32,000 nt of DNA, taken from contig NC_002939.5 in NCBI RefSeq assembly GCF_000007985.2, forward strand, positions 900,001 through 932,000. The letters run 5' to 3'. Both the position numbers and the translations under genes were made by a program. Below the pieces are notes generated by a model, which saw only the letters and a program-made list of their open reading frames with translations, searched no databases and was not told where the DNA came from. This stretch comes from Geobacter sulfurreducens PCA. Lineage in GTDB: Bacteria; Desulfobacterota; Desulfuromonadia; Geobacterales; Geobacteraceae. Below, piece after piece: positions 1 to 8,869 of this stretch (within the stretch, counting starts at the first letter, position 1; every line of letters starts with the position of its first letter).

Positions 1-1253
1 TTTGCGTCATCAAGAGCCAACTCGGTACTGATAATTATGGCCCCCAGAATATTGTTGAAATCATGGGCGATCCCTCCGGCCAGTGTCCCCACGGCTTCCA
101 TTTTCTGTGCGTGGCGCAATTGGCTTTCCAGCTGCATCTCCGGCGTCACGTCACGGACAATGGCAACATAGCTTGCGACGGTGCCGGACGTCTCCCTGAC
201 CGGGGAAAGAATTACCTCGACATCCACATTGCTGCCGTCGTCCCGTACGATGACATATCTTCCGGTTCGCGTCCTCGCCTGGGCGACAACGTCGGTCAGT
301 GCCTGAATGAATGGAGATCCGAAGAGCGATTTGCCGTAGTTGTGAATGCGCTTATTGATGATACCGGCGTGGTCTGTCCCGCTGATTCGTTCAAATGCCT
401 GATTGACGTAGCGTATCAGCCCGTCGGGGGCAAAAAGGACAACCCCCTGCATGAACTGGTCAAGAACAGCGGCGAGAACCGCATGCTGTTTTTCAAGCTG
501 GCATTTCTCGGCCTGAACCCGGAGCGTCGTAATCCCATGCGCGAGGTTGCCGGCCAGCTTCCGCAAGAGCTCGACCTCTTCCGGGGCAAAGGCGTCGGCA
601 CCGTCGGCGTATATGACGAGGGCGCCGAAGGCCCCTTCGTCGTCGGACAGCGGCAGCGATAGCACGGAAGAGGTGATGCGCCTGAAGAGTTCGCCGGCAC
701 CCTGTCTGGCATTGATGTTCCGCACGACATGAACGCCGGCAGCGAGCGCTTCCCGTGCCATCCCCTGTCCCATGTCCGAGTCGAGTTGAAACTTTGCATC
801 CGTAACCGTACTTTCCCAGCACGCCACCGGCCGCACCGATGCCACTCCATCGGCCTCCGCAAACCAGGCCCATGCTTGACGATACCCTCCGTGTTCCACC
901 GCAATCCGGCATACATCCTTGATGAACCCCTGCTCGTCGTCGGCACGCAGGAGAGCCTGGTCGCACTCGCTGAGGGTCGCAAGCGCACGGTTGGTTCTCC
1001 GCAGCGACTCCTGCGAGCGTATGATGGTCGCTTCTCTGCGGCGGACCAGCAGAAACAGCAGAACCGCCGACACGCCAATCAGAAGCACCCCGTTCAACGC
1101 GGTCAGCCACGCCGCCACTGGCTGCCCCCCGAATAGGGTGCCGATCAGGGCATTCGCCACCACCATCCACGCTCCGCCGGCCAGGGCATAGATGAGCGCG
1201 ATCGACAGGGGAGTCAGTCTTGCTTTGAACACAGAAGGAATCGTTATGGGCAT
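1..1253 (-). CDS. Sensor histidine kinase, N-terminal part (2 TM helices, GAF-like, PAS, HisKA H-box); 3' end runs off the window
   Basis: Not in the ORF track, because no stop codon lies inside the window. Own translation of the minus strand from ATG at 1253 gives [38 protein letters not shown]... (hydrophobic N-terminus), ...[32 protein letters not shown] (GAF-type end), ...[22 protein letters not shown] (PAS) and ...[29 protein letters not shown] (phospho-acceptor H-box). The plus-strand and off-frame ORFs listed for 63..1191 carry no motifs. Confidence 0.8.
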   Translation of the reverse strand, partial: MPITIPSVFKARLTPLSIALIYALAGGAWMVVANALIGTLFGGQPVAAWLTALNGVLLIGVSAVLLFLLVRRREATIIRSQESLRRTNRALATLSECDQALLRADDEQGFIKDVCRIAVEHGGYRQAWAWFAEADGVASVRPVACWESTVTDAKFQLDSDMGQGMAREALAAGVHVVRNINARQGAGELFRRITSSVLSLPLSDDEGAFGALVIYADGADAFAPEEVELLRKLAGNLAHGITTLRVQAEKCQLEKQHAVLAAVLDQFMQGVVLFAPDGLIRYVNQAFERISGTDHAGIINKRIHNYGKSLFGSPFIQALTDVVAQARTRTGRYVIVRDDGSNVDVEVILSPVRETSGTVASYVAIVRDVTPEMQLESQLRHAQKMEAVGTLAGGIAHDFNNILGAIIISTELALDDA

Positions 1254-1478
1254 GGGATCGTCTTTTCCGGGCCTACCGTTTTGTCTTGGAGAATACATGA
1301 TGATTGCACCGCAGACCGACGGCGGGTTCATCGTTCCGGTGAGTCTCGCTACTCCTGCTAACCGGCTCCACTTCTGACCAGCACGGTTGCACGGCACATA
1401 CCAATGCCAGCCCTACGTCAACCCGCTGTTATTTCAACGCATTGCATTTCGCTACGTTGTGTCTGTCCGGAATTGTGT

Positions 1479-1512
1479 TCCTGCCACCAAGGGAGCCTCC
1501 TGCGTGGCAGGA
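1479..1512 (-). other. Inverted repeat / hairpin 31 nt downstream of the flavoprotein stop (9-bp stem, 16-nt loop, no U tract)
   Basis: tcctgccac (1479-1487) is the exact reverse complement of gtggcagga (1504-1512). Neither strand has a following U run, so a terminator role is only a possibility. Confidence 0.25.
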
Positions 1513-1542
1513 AAATTCTTGCCGAACAGGACAGGCATCAGG

Positions 1543-2877
1543 TCACACGGCCTTGACCGCCTGGTTCGCCGCAATGAGGAGAGGATCCCACACCGGTGCG
1601 TAGGGGGGCGCGTAGCTCAGATCGAGCTCCGCCAGCTCGAAAACGGTCATCTGCTTGTACACGGCGACGGCAAGGACGTCGAGCCGTTTCGCCACCACGT
1701 CCTGTCCCACCATCTGGCCGCCGAGGAGCAGGCCGGTTCCCTTCTCGAACAGAAGCACGGTCCGCATGGTGCCTCCTCCGGGGAATGATCCCCTTGTCGG
1801 TGTGTCCACGTGGATTTTCCCGAAATCTGTCCCCATCTCCCGAAGCTGTCGTTCGTTGAGGCCGGTCGTGGCAATCGTCAGGTCGAAAAACTTGAACGCC
1901 GCGGTCTGATCGATGCCGTGAAACATCGTCATGGCATCGCGGTGAGCGATGTTGTTGCCCGCAAGACGCCCCTGTTTATTGGCCACGGGGCCGAGCGGCA
2001 TGTAGCTGTTTCTCCCCAGTTGGCGGACATAGTGCTCTGCGCAGTCCCCGGCGGCAAAGACGCCGGGGAGGTTCGTCTGCAGGAACTGGTCGACTTTGAC
2101 GGCCCCGGCCGCCCCGAGCTCGCCCCCGGCCGCGGCGAAGAGGCCGGTGTTCGGCTTCACGCCGATGGCAACGACCACGAGGCCGGCGTCGAAATCGCCT
2201 GCAGTGGTCCGTACCGTGGCGCCTTCCTTCCCCTGGACGTCCACGCCGGCGTGGAATTCGATCCCCTTTTCAGCAATCTTCTCCATCACCTTATCCCGGA
2301 TCTCCGCTGCAAAGGCGGGGAGGATCGCCGGGGCCTTTTCCACGATAACCGGCCGGATCTTCATGTTGTAGAGGACGTCGGCCACCTCCAGATTGGTATA
2401 CCCGGCCCCCACCAGAATCGCACAGGCTGGTGCCTGGTCATGGATCAGACGTTTGACCCGCCTCGTGTCGTCCAGGGTCTTGAAGTAGCAGACCGCCGGA
2501 TCATCGAATCCGGGCAAGGGAAGGGGGGCGGGCCGGTTGCCCGTGGCATAGACCAGGAAGTCGTAGCGTTCGCGGTACTCCCGGTTCTGCTCATGGTCGA
2601 CAACCGTAACCTCCTGCCGCCGGGGGTCGATGGCGACAGCTTCATGGCGGAGCCGGTAGTCGATGCCACGTCCGTTCCGGATCGTGTCGAGGCTCAGGGC
2701 ATAGAGCGCTTCCACCGGCGTATCCTTGAAGAAGAGGTTATAGGGCATGCCGCACGCGGCGTAGGAAGGATCGCCGGACTTTTCCAGGACAATCACCTCT
2801 GCATCCCGGTCCGCGCGCTTGATCTGGCTGGCGGCGGACAACCCGCCGGCTACTCCGCCAATAATTACCGTTTTCAT
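1543..2877 (-). CDS. FAD-dependent pyridine nucleotide-disulfide oxidoreductase, CoA-disulfide reductase / NADH oxidase-peroxidase family
   Basis: 444-aa ORF. It has an N-terminal dinucleotide fold (MKTVIIGGVAGGLSAA), the single redox-Cys motif SYAACGMPY typical of the CoADR/Nox/Npx family, a second GxGxxG (ILVGAGYTNLE) and the FAD GD motif VFAAGDCAE. Confidence 0.85.
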   Translation of the reverse strand: MKTVIIGGVAGGLSAASQIKRADRDAEVIVLEKSGDPSYAACGMPYNLFFKDTPVEALYALSLDTIRNGRGIDYRLRHEAVAIDPRRQEVTVVDHEQNREYRERYDFLVYATGNRPAPLPLPGFDDPAVCYFKTLDDTRRVKRLIHDQAPACAILVGAGYTNLEVADVLYNMKIRPVIVEKAPAILPAFAAEIRDKVMEKIAEKGIEFHAGVDVQGKEGATVRTTAGDFDAGLVVVAIGVKPNTGLFAAAGGELGAAGAVKVDQFLQTNLPGVFAAGDCAEHYVRQLGRNSYMPLGPVANKQGRLAGNNIAHRDAMTMFHGIDQTAAFKFFDLTIATTGLNERQLREMGTDFGKIHVDTPTRGSFPGGGTMRTVLLFEKGTGLLLGGQMVGQDVVAKRLDVLAVAVYKQMTVFELAELDLSYAPPYAPVWDPLLIAANQAVKAV

Positions 2878-2928
2878 CTGATCACCTCCACGGGGTTGAG
2901 CTGATTTGTCCGGCTTTCTCCAGCCGTC

Positions 2929-4779
2929 TCAAAACGGGAAAAAAAGCGGCAGAACCAAAACCATCACTATCCCCATGACAACCTGAAGGGGCAGCCCTAC
3001 CTTTATATAGTCACCGAATGTATAGCGGCCGGCCGACATGACGAGCGCATTGGGAGGCGTCGAAAATGGCGATGCAAAGCACATGCTGGCTCCAATCGAG
3101 ACAGCGAACATAAACGGGTAGGGACTGACGCCGAGCTGTGCCGCTGCGTTCAGTGCGATCGGGGCGAGCAGCACCGCACATGCCGTATTGCTGATGAATA
3201 ATGTTAACACGGATGTCGTGACATAAACTCCCGCAAGCAGCACGACCGGCCCATAACTGCCCAGGGAGCTTGCCAGGCTGTTCGACAGAAGTTCGGCGGC
3301 GCCGGTCTTCGCGATGGCGGTCGACATCGGAAGCATGCCGCCGATCAGGATAATGCTCTCCCAATTGATGGTTTTGTATGCGTCCTCCATGGTGCGAACG
3401 CAGCCCAGCAGCACCATCAGCACCGCTGCAATCATGACCGAGACAACCGCCGGAATAAGCTCGGTGACCAGCAGGACCACCATCAGCAGCATGATTCCCG
3501 CGGCAATGGGCGCTTTGTTGTCCATGGTAACCCTGCGCGACTCTTCGGCCGGCTGACCTATGACAACGTAATCGGCCTGCTCGGCGGAAAGCAGGGCGAT
3601 GTCCTTCCAGGTGCCCTGGACAAGCAGGGCGTCACCGAAGAGCATCTTCTCTCCCTTCAGGTTATGCAGCAGCAGGCGGTCCTTTCTCTGGATGCCCAGG
3701 ATGTTTACCCGGTATTTCTCGCGAAACCCGGATTGCTCGACCAGCTTGCCGATCAGGTTCGAGCCGGGAGTCAGCATGACCTCGGCGATGCCGATCTTCG
3801 CGGTCGCGTACTGCTCAGCGCCGGCCGGCTGTCTGTCCTCGGGAACCTGGTGATCCAGCAGGATCAGGCCATACTCCTTCGTAACCCGCCGCACCTGATC
3901 GAATGTGCCGTGGATATACAGGATGTCCCCTTCCTCAAGCACCGTAGCCGGTCCGGCAATCTCTTGGTCGATCGTCTTGAGGAATTGATTCCTTGCTGAT
4001 GTTTTGCGCCGGATCTCGATGATATTCACTTCAAACCGGGCCGAGATATTCAATTCACTCAGAGTTCTCGATGCAACGGAGGATGTTGCTCCCACCTTTG
4101 CCCGGAACAGGTTGTCCGAGAGCTGATACTTCCGGGCGAGCTCGCCGGGCGAGCGCCCGCTGCGCGTCTTCTTCCCCGTCTCATTCCTCGGCAGGAACCG
4201 GCGCAGGAAGAGCAGGCTGACAAGCCCGACCATGAACCCGACCAGCCCGATCGGCGTGAATGAAAAGAAGGACAGCTTCCCGTATCCCGCGCTGACGAGC
4301 GTCTCCTGAATCACCAGGTTGGGCGGTGTCCCGATGAGTGTCAGGGTGCCGCCAAAACTGCTGGCAAAGGCCAGCGGCATCAGCAGTCTGCCCGGGTTGA
4401 TGCGGGCGCTCGTGGCCAGGCTGACCACGATGGGCATCAACACCGCCACCGTGCCCGTGTTGCTTACCGTGGTGCCGAATGCCGCCGTCACAACCATCAC
4501 CATGATCAGCAGAGTCGTCTCATTCGTCCCGGCCAGCTTCAGCAGCCTCCTGCTCACCTGCTTTGCCAGGCCGGTCTGAAATATGCCGCCACCCACGACG
4601 AACAGGCCGATCATCATCATGACAATCGGGCTGGAGAAGCCGGACAACGCCTCGTCCGGCGTCAGGATGCCGAAGAGCATGAGAAGAATCAACGCACTGA
4701 CGGCAACGAGATCCGGGCGGATGATCCCGGAGATGAACAAGAGGGATGCCAGTGCCAGTATGGTTACGGTAACGATCAC
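2929..4779 (-). CDS. SLC13/DASS-family anion (di/tricarboxylate-type) permease with two central TrkA-C (RCK_C) domains
   Basis: 616-aa ORF with a GTG start. Blocks of hydrophobic helices flank a soluble insert containing two RCK_C-like repeats (ARFEVNIIEIRR...GDILYIHG and YRVNILGIQRKDR...GDALLVQG). The C-terminal half has permease motifs of the CitT/ArsB superfamily type (FASPFSTPPNALV). Confidence 0.8.
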   Translation of the reverse strand: MIVTVTILALASLLFISGIIRPDLVAVSALILLMLFGILTPDEALSGFSSPIVMMMIGLFVVGGGIFQTGLAKQVSRRLLKLAGTNETTLLIMVMVVTAAFGTTVSNTGTVAVLMPIVVSLATSARINPGRLLMPLAFASSFGGTLTLIGTPPNLVIQETLVSAGYGKLSFFSFTPIGLVGFMVGLVSLLFLRRFLPRNETGKKTRSGRSPGELARKYQLSDNLFRAKVGATSSVASRTLSELNISARFEVNIIEIRRKTSARNQFLKTIDQEIAGPATVLEEGDILYIHGTFDQVRRVTKEYGLILLDHQVPEDRQPAGAEQYATAKIGIAEVMLTPGSNLIGKLVEQSGFREKYRVNILGIQRKDRLLLHNLKGEKMLFGDALLVQGTWKDIALLSAEQADYVVIGQPAEESRRVTMDNKAPIAAGIMLLMVVLLVTELIPAVVSVMIAAVLMVLLGCVRTMEDAYKTINWESIILIGGMLPMSTAIAKTGAAELLSNSLASSLGSYGPVVLLAGVYVTTSVLTLFISNTACAVLLAPIALNAAAQLGVSPYPFMFAVSIGASMCFASPFSTPPNALVMSAGRYTFGDYIKVGLPLQVVMGIVMVLVLPLFFPF

Positions 4780-4802
4780 GATCTCGGCCCCATCTCAATC
4801 GT

Positions 4803-5114
4803 TCAGTCGGATTCGGTTGCCGTGCCGATCATGATATCGTCGCCAACCACCTCGACCCGGTAGGTTTTCAGGGTATAGCCGGGATGGTCGGTACAGGCGC
4901 CGTTGGCCAGATCGTAGTGCCAGCCGTGCCGCGGACACGAGATGGCGCCGTCCTTGACCACCCCTGCCAGCATCGGGCTTCCCTGGTGGGGACAATAGTT
5001 CTCGCAGGCTGTTATCGTTCCTTTGTCATTGATCAGCACCACTTCTTCGCCGTTGACGGTGACGAGCTTCTTGCCCCAGAGGGGGACTTCGGCGAGCTTT
5101 GCGGCAAACTGCAT
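4803..5114 (-). CDS. Small soluble Rieske [2Fe-2S] protein (NirD / Rieske-ferredoxin like), 103 aa
   Basis: Tail of track ORF 4803..5354. I place the start at ATG 5114 (MQFAAKLAEVPLWGK...), which is preceded by GGAGGA and lies 19 nt after the aconitase stop; the longer version would overlap acnA. The Rieske motif is CPHQG-x16-CPRHGW (CxH...CxxH). Confidence 0.8.
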   Translation of the reverse strand: MQFAAKLAEVPLWGKKLVTVNGEEVVLINDKGTITACENYCPHQGSPMLAGVVKDGAISCPRHGWHYDLANGACTDHPGYTLKTYRVEVVGDDIMIGTATESD

Positions 5115-5133
5115 GTCGGTTTCCTCCGTTTCA

Positions 5134-7941
5134 TTACAGTAATGCCTGGCGCAGCACATAGGGCAGAATTCCGCCATGACGGTAATAATCGAGCTCATTG
5201 GGAGTGTCGATACGGACCAGCACCTGGAATTCCTTGACGCTCCCGGCGGCGCTCCGGGCCGTGACCCGAAGCGTCCCGCCGGGAACAAGGGAGGCGAGCC
5301 CCTCGATATCATAAGTCTCCTGTCCGGTGAGGCGATGGGTCTCGCGGTTTTCACCCGCCATGAACTGGAGCGGCAGCACCCCCATGCCGATCAGGTTGGA
5401 GCGGTGGATCCGCTCGAAACTCTGAGCGATCACCGCGCGGACCCCCAGGAGCCTGGTCCCCTTGGCGGCCCAGTCCCGGGACGATCCGGTGCCGTACTCG
5501 GCACCGGCCACGACGATGAGGGGAATGTCGTCCTGCTGGTAGTGCATGGCAGCGTCGTAGATGGGCATCGTCTCTCCCTGGTCCTGCCCCGGCGGGAAGT
5601 AGTTCGTTATCCCCCCTTCGACACCCGGCACCAAGAGGTTTCTGATCCGGACGTTGGCGAACGTTCCCCGTACCATCACATCGTGATTGCCGCGCCGGGA
5701 GCCGTAGGAGTTGAAGTCTTCGGGCTTCACCCCCAGGGAGACGAGATGGCGGCCGGCCGGGGACTCCCGGGCGATGGCGCCGGCCGGGGAGATATGGTCG
5801 GTGGTGACCGAGTCTCCCAGGAGCGCCAGCACCCGGGCGCCACGGATATCGTCGACCGGTGCCGGCACGGCCATGACATCGGCGAAAAATGGCGGCTCCT
5901 TGAGATAGGAGGATGTTTCCTCCCACTGGTACAGTTCGCTCGCGGGAACGGGGAGCTCCTCCCAGGCCCCGTTGCCCCGCAGGATATCGGCGTAGCCGCG
6001 GCTGAAGTGCTCCGGCGTGACGTGGCGGCGCACCAGTTCGGCAACCTCCTCGTCGGCGGGCCAGATATCCTTGAGGTAGACCGGCTGGCCGTTCGGATCG
6101 ACGCCGACCGGATCGCGGGTAAGATCCATGGCGATGTTGCCGGCCAGGGCATAGGCTACCACCAGGGGGGGCGAGGCAAGGTAGTTTGTCCGGACGTAGT
6201 TGTTGATCCGCCCCTCGAAGTTGCGGTTTCCCGACAGGACCGCCGCCACGGCGAGGCCGCCGTCCACAACGGCCTGGGCGATATGGTCGGGGAGCGGTCC
6301 GCTGTTGCCGATGCAGGTGGTGCAGCCAAAGCCCACCAGATGGAATCGCAGCCCTTCCAGGTATGCCATGAGTCCGGCGGAGGCGAGATAATCGGTCACA
6401 ACCCGTGAACCCGGGGCAAAGCTGGTCTTTACCCACGGCTTGACCTGCAGGCCCCGCTGCACGGCATTTTTGGCAAGGAGCCCGGCGGCCATGAGGACCG
6501 ACGGGTTCGAGGTATTGGTGCAACTGGTGATGGCGGCAATCACGATGGAGCCGTGGCAGAGGTTGTAGGCCACGCCGTCGGGCTGCCTGACCGGCACGCA
6601 CCGCTCCAGTGGGCCGAGCTTTTCGTCCGGCGGGGCGATGGAAAGCTCCGGGGCCACATAGCGGGGAGCCCCCCCGTCGCCGAGCCAGCAATCCAGGATG
6701 CTCCGGTCGATGCGGGCCGCCTCGTTCTGCATGAGTCCGGCCAGGGATTTCCGGAATGAGCCGCGCACCTCTGCGAGGGGTATCCGGTCCTGGGGGCGGG
6801 AAGGGCCGGCCACACACGGCTCCACGGTGCCGAGATCCAGCTCGATGGTGTCCGAGTACCACGGCTCCGGCTGGTCGGGGCCGTACCACAGGCCCTGCTC
6901 CCGAAAATAGGCTTCGATGAGGGGTACCAGAGCGGCCCTGCCGGTGAGACGCATATAGTCGAGCGTCTGTTCGTCCACCGGGAAAACTCCAATGGTCGCC
7001 CCGTACTCGGGGGCCATGTTGCCGATGGTGGCGCGGTCGGCAACCGTGAGCGAGGCGAGCCCCGGACCGAGGAACTCCACGAACGCGCCGACCACCCCCT
7101 TCTTGCGAAGCATTTGGGTGACCGTGAGGACCAGGTCCGTTGCCGTTGCCCCGGGAGGTAGCCTTCCCGCGAGCCGAAACCCCACCACCCGGGGGATCAG
7201 CATGGAGCAGGGCTGGCCCAGGAGCGCCGCTTCCGCCTCGATTCCCCCCACCCCCCACCCCACGACCCCCAAACCGTTGACCATGGTGGTGTGGGAGTCG
7301 GTGCCGACGATGGTGTCGGGATAGATCCATTTCCCGCCATTCTGTTCGGCCACCACGACAACCCGGGCGAGGTATTCGAGGTTGACCTGGTGGCAGATGC
7401 CGGTATCGGGCGGTACCACCCGAAAATTGCGGAACGCCCTCTGTCCCCAGCGGAGAAACTGGTAGCGCTCACGGTTGCGCCGGAATTCGAGCTCGGCATT
7501 CGTCTCGGTCGACGCGAGCGTGCCGTACCGGTCCACCTGCACCGAATGGTCGATGATGAGGTCGGCTGGCTGCAAGGGATTGATCCGGGCAGGGTCGCCA
7601 CCCAGACGTTTCAGGGCCGAGCGCATGGCGGCGAGGTCGGCGATGGCGGGCACGCCGGTAAAGTCCTGGAGCAGAACCCTGGCCGGCATGAACTGGATTT
7701 CACGGTCCGGGAGAGTCCGGGGATGCCAGTGGCCGAGCGCCACGATATCGTCGCGTTTGACCGTTACACCGTCCTCGCGGCGCAAAAGGTTTTCCAGAAG
7801 AATCTTGATTGAGTAGGGAAGGCGCGAAATGTCCGCACGGAACGACTCGGCGAACTTCGGCAGGGAGTGGTAGTTGTAGCGGGATCGGCCGACGGCCAGG
7901 ATCGCTCGGCTCCCGAAACTGTCGGGGGTGTTTCGTTGCAT
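5134..7941 (-). CDS. acnA: Aconitate hydratase A (monomeric AcnA/IRP type)
   Basis: 935-aa ORF with classic aconitase blocks: GTDSHTTMVNGLGV, the cluster cysteines in ITSCTNTSNP and GFGCTTCIGNSG, and the swivel-domain motif AGAEYGTGSSRDWAAKG. Confidence 0.95.
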   Translation of the reverse strand: MQRNTPDSFGSRAILAVGRSRYNYHSLPKFAESFRADISRLPYSIKILLENLLRREDGVTVKRDDIVALGHWHPRTLPDREIQFMPARVLLQDFTGVPAIADLAAMRSALKRLGGDPARINPLQPADLIIDHSVQVDRYGTLASTETNAELEFRRNRERYQFLRWGQRAFRNFRVVPPDTGICHQVNLEYLARVVVVAEQNGGKWIYPDTIVGTDSHTTMVNGLGVVGWGVGGIEAEAALLGQPCSMLIPRVVGFRLAGRLPPGATATDLVLTVTQMLRKKGVVGAFVEFLGPGLASLTVADRATIGNMAPEYGATIGVFPVDEQTLDYMRLTGRAALVPLIEAYFREQGLWYGPDQPEPWYSDTIELDLGTVEPCVAGPSRPQDRIPLAEVRGSFRKSLAGLMQNEAARIDRSILDCWLGDGGAPRYVAPELSIAPPDEKLGPLERCVPVRQPDGVAYNLCHGSIVIAAITSCTNTSNPSVLMAAGLLAKNAVQRGLQVKPWVKTSFAPGSRVVTDYLASAGLMAYLEGLRFHLVGFGCTTCIGNSGPLPDHIAQAVVDGGLAVAAVLSGNRNFEGRINNYVRTNYLASPPLVVAYALAGNIAMDLTRDPVGVDPNGQPVYLKDIWPADEEVAELVRRHVTPEHFSRGYADILRGNGAWEELPVPASELYQWEETSSYLKEPPFFADVMAVPAPVDDIRGARVLALLGDSVTTDHISPAGAIARESPAGRHLVSLGVKPEDFNSYGSRRGNHDVMVRGTFANVRIRNLLVPGVEGGITNYFPPGQDQGETMPIYDAAMHYQQDDIPLIVVAGAEYGTGSSRDWAAKGTRLLGVRAVIAQSFERIHRSNLIGMGVLPLQFMAGENRETHRLTGQETYDIEGLASLVPGGTLRVTARSAAGSVKEFQVLVRIDTPNELDYYRHGGILPYVLRQALL

Positions 7942-8142
7942 GCTCTCACCTCACTCCGTTTTGTGCTGAATATCTATGCGGATTGTTCTGTCAGCAGTCC
8001 GGCCCTTTCTCCGCGTCCAACCCGTCGGCACTAGCGACCACGACGCCCACCACCTCCGGATGACGTGATGCTCCTTTTTCAGTAGCACGGTCGCTTTTTC
8101 TCCATTTTCTCCGTCCGCTCCGGTGCAGGCGCAATCTCCCGT

Positions 8143-8301
8143 TCAAGCTGGCACGAACATGTTTTTGGCGACTCCGCATGCCGGGCAAACCCACCCGTCG
8201 GGAAGTTCCTCAAAAGGAGTTCCGGGCGGGACACCGTTCAAGGGATCGCCCACGAAGGGATCATAGACATACTGACAGACGGTGCAGATCCAACGCTGCA
8301 T
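8143..8301 (-). CDS. Rubredoxin (52 aa)
   Basis: Not in the ORF track (under 60 aa). Own translation gives [52 protein letters not shown]. It has the two CxxC knuckles (CTVC, CPAC) and the conserved YDP...G.PF..LP..W.CP.CG pattern. AAGGAG lies 7 nt upstream of ATG 8301; an alternative ATG at 8307 sits too close to the SD. Confidence 0.85.
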   Translation of the reverse strand: MQRWICTVCQYVYDPFVGDPLNGVPPGTPFEELPDGWVCPACGVAKNMFVPA

Positions 8302-8379
8302 GCACATGCTCCTTCTTCTCTCCGCCCCTGTTTCACGTGGCCGGCGGATGGCGGAGGCTTTTGCCGGCTGTGGTCCGGG

Positions 8380-8601
8380 TCAGGCAAAACTCCTCAGATA
8401 GTCGGGCTCGGTACTCCAGCTGATGCACGAAACCGGGCAGACATCAATGGCACCATGTTGGATATCGTCCTCGGATGCGCCATTGGGGTCGTAACACTCC
8501 GCCTTGTTTTCGTCATCGAAACGAAACACCTCGGAAACGTTGTCCACGCAGAGCCCGCAGCTTATGCATTCTTCCTTGTCAATCCATGGTGCCTTGATCA
8601 T
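8380..8601 (-). CDS. Small single-cluster ferredoxin ([4Fe-4S]/[3Fe-4S], CxxCxxC...CP)
   Basis: Track ORF 8380..8607. The cluster motif is CISCGLC ... CPVSC. GGAGG abuts the first ATG (8607) but is 6 nt from the second ATG (8601), so I prefer 8601 (MIKAPWIDKEE...). Confidence 0.8.
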   Translation of the reverse strand: MIKAPWIDKEECISCGLCVDNVSEVFRFDDENKAECYDPNGASEDDIQHGAIDVCPVSCISWSTEPDYLRSFA

Positions 8602-8624
8602 GGGCATCCTCCAGGTAAAAGTTT

Positions 8625-8648
8625 AGGCGCCGAACATGTTCGGCGCCT
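8625..8648. promoter_or_regulatory. Perfect 24-bp palindrome AGGCGCCGAACA|TGTTCGGCGCCT in the ferredoxin 5' region / fdx-ric divergent spacer
   Basis: Read directly: 8625-8636 is the exact reverse complement of 8637-8648. It lies about 12 nt upstream of the ferredoxin SD. Its function (operator or 5'-UTR stem-loop) is unknown. Confidence 0.5.
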
Positions 8649-8869
8649 TCTTGGACACGTAACAAACCTGAATATAGTTGCGGCGAGTAGGACTAAGGGT
8701 ACTACACTTCCCGCAGAATACAACTCAGGCAGATGATTGGTGAGTTGATTCAGGTCGATAACGACTATCGGCCGATCGGCATTAACTGAGCGCTTCCGGC
8801 GGAAACTTGAACGTGCAGGGGAATGTGATAACGTTAAGTGCATTTCCCGCCCGCTCGAAAGGAGGAACA

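Noticed and set aside
63-1191. Plus-strand and off-frame ORFs (63..662, 547..732, 729..1136, 919..1191, 416..1078-, 493..1170-) at the left edge.
   Set aside because: The third minus-strand frame, not listed because it has no stop in the window, encodes a coherent GAF-PAS-HisKA kinase. The listed ORFs show no motifs.
1297-1377. 26-aa plus-strand mini-ORF ([26 protein letters not shown]) with GGAG 5 nt upstream, in the kinase/flavoprotein intergenic region.
   Set aside because: It has no recognisable family, its third-position GC is lower than in neighbouring genes, and it lies where the kinase promoter is expected. There is not enough evidence to call it a gene.
8149-8164. TGGCAC-N5 sequence resembling a sigma54 -24 element; similar TGGCAC strings occur near 9700 and 20940.
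   Set aside because: The -12 TTGC element is missing at the required spacing, and the 8149 copy lies inside the rubredoxin coding sequence on the wrong strand.
8818-8848. Imperfect inverted repeat GGGGAATGTGATAACGTTAAGTGCATTTCCC just upstream of the ric SD. It was considered as a CRP/FNR-type (TGTGA-N6-TCACA), Fur-like or NsrR-like operator.
   Set aside because: The outer GGGAA/TTCCC arms and the central AACGTT core are offset by one base. The second half-site does not match TCACA, and the Fur hexamer matches are weak. It may still be a site, but I cannot support any specific regulator.
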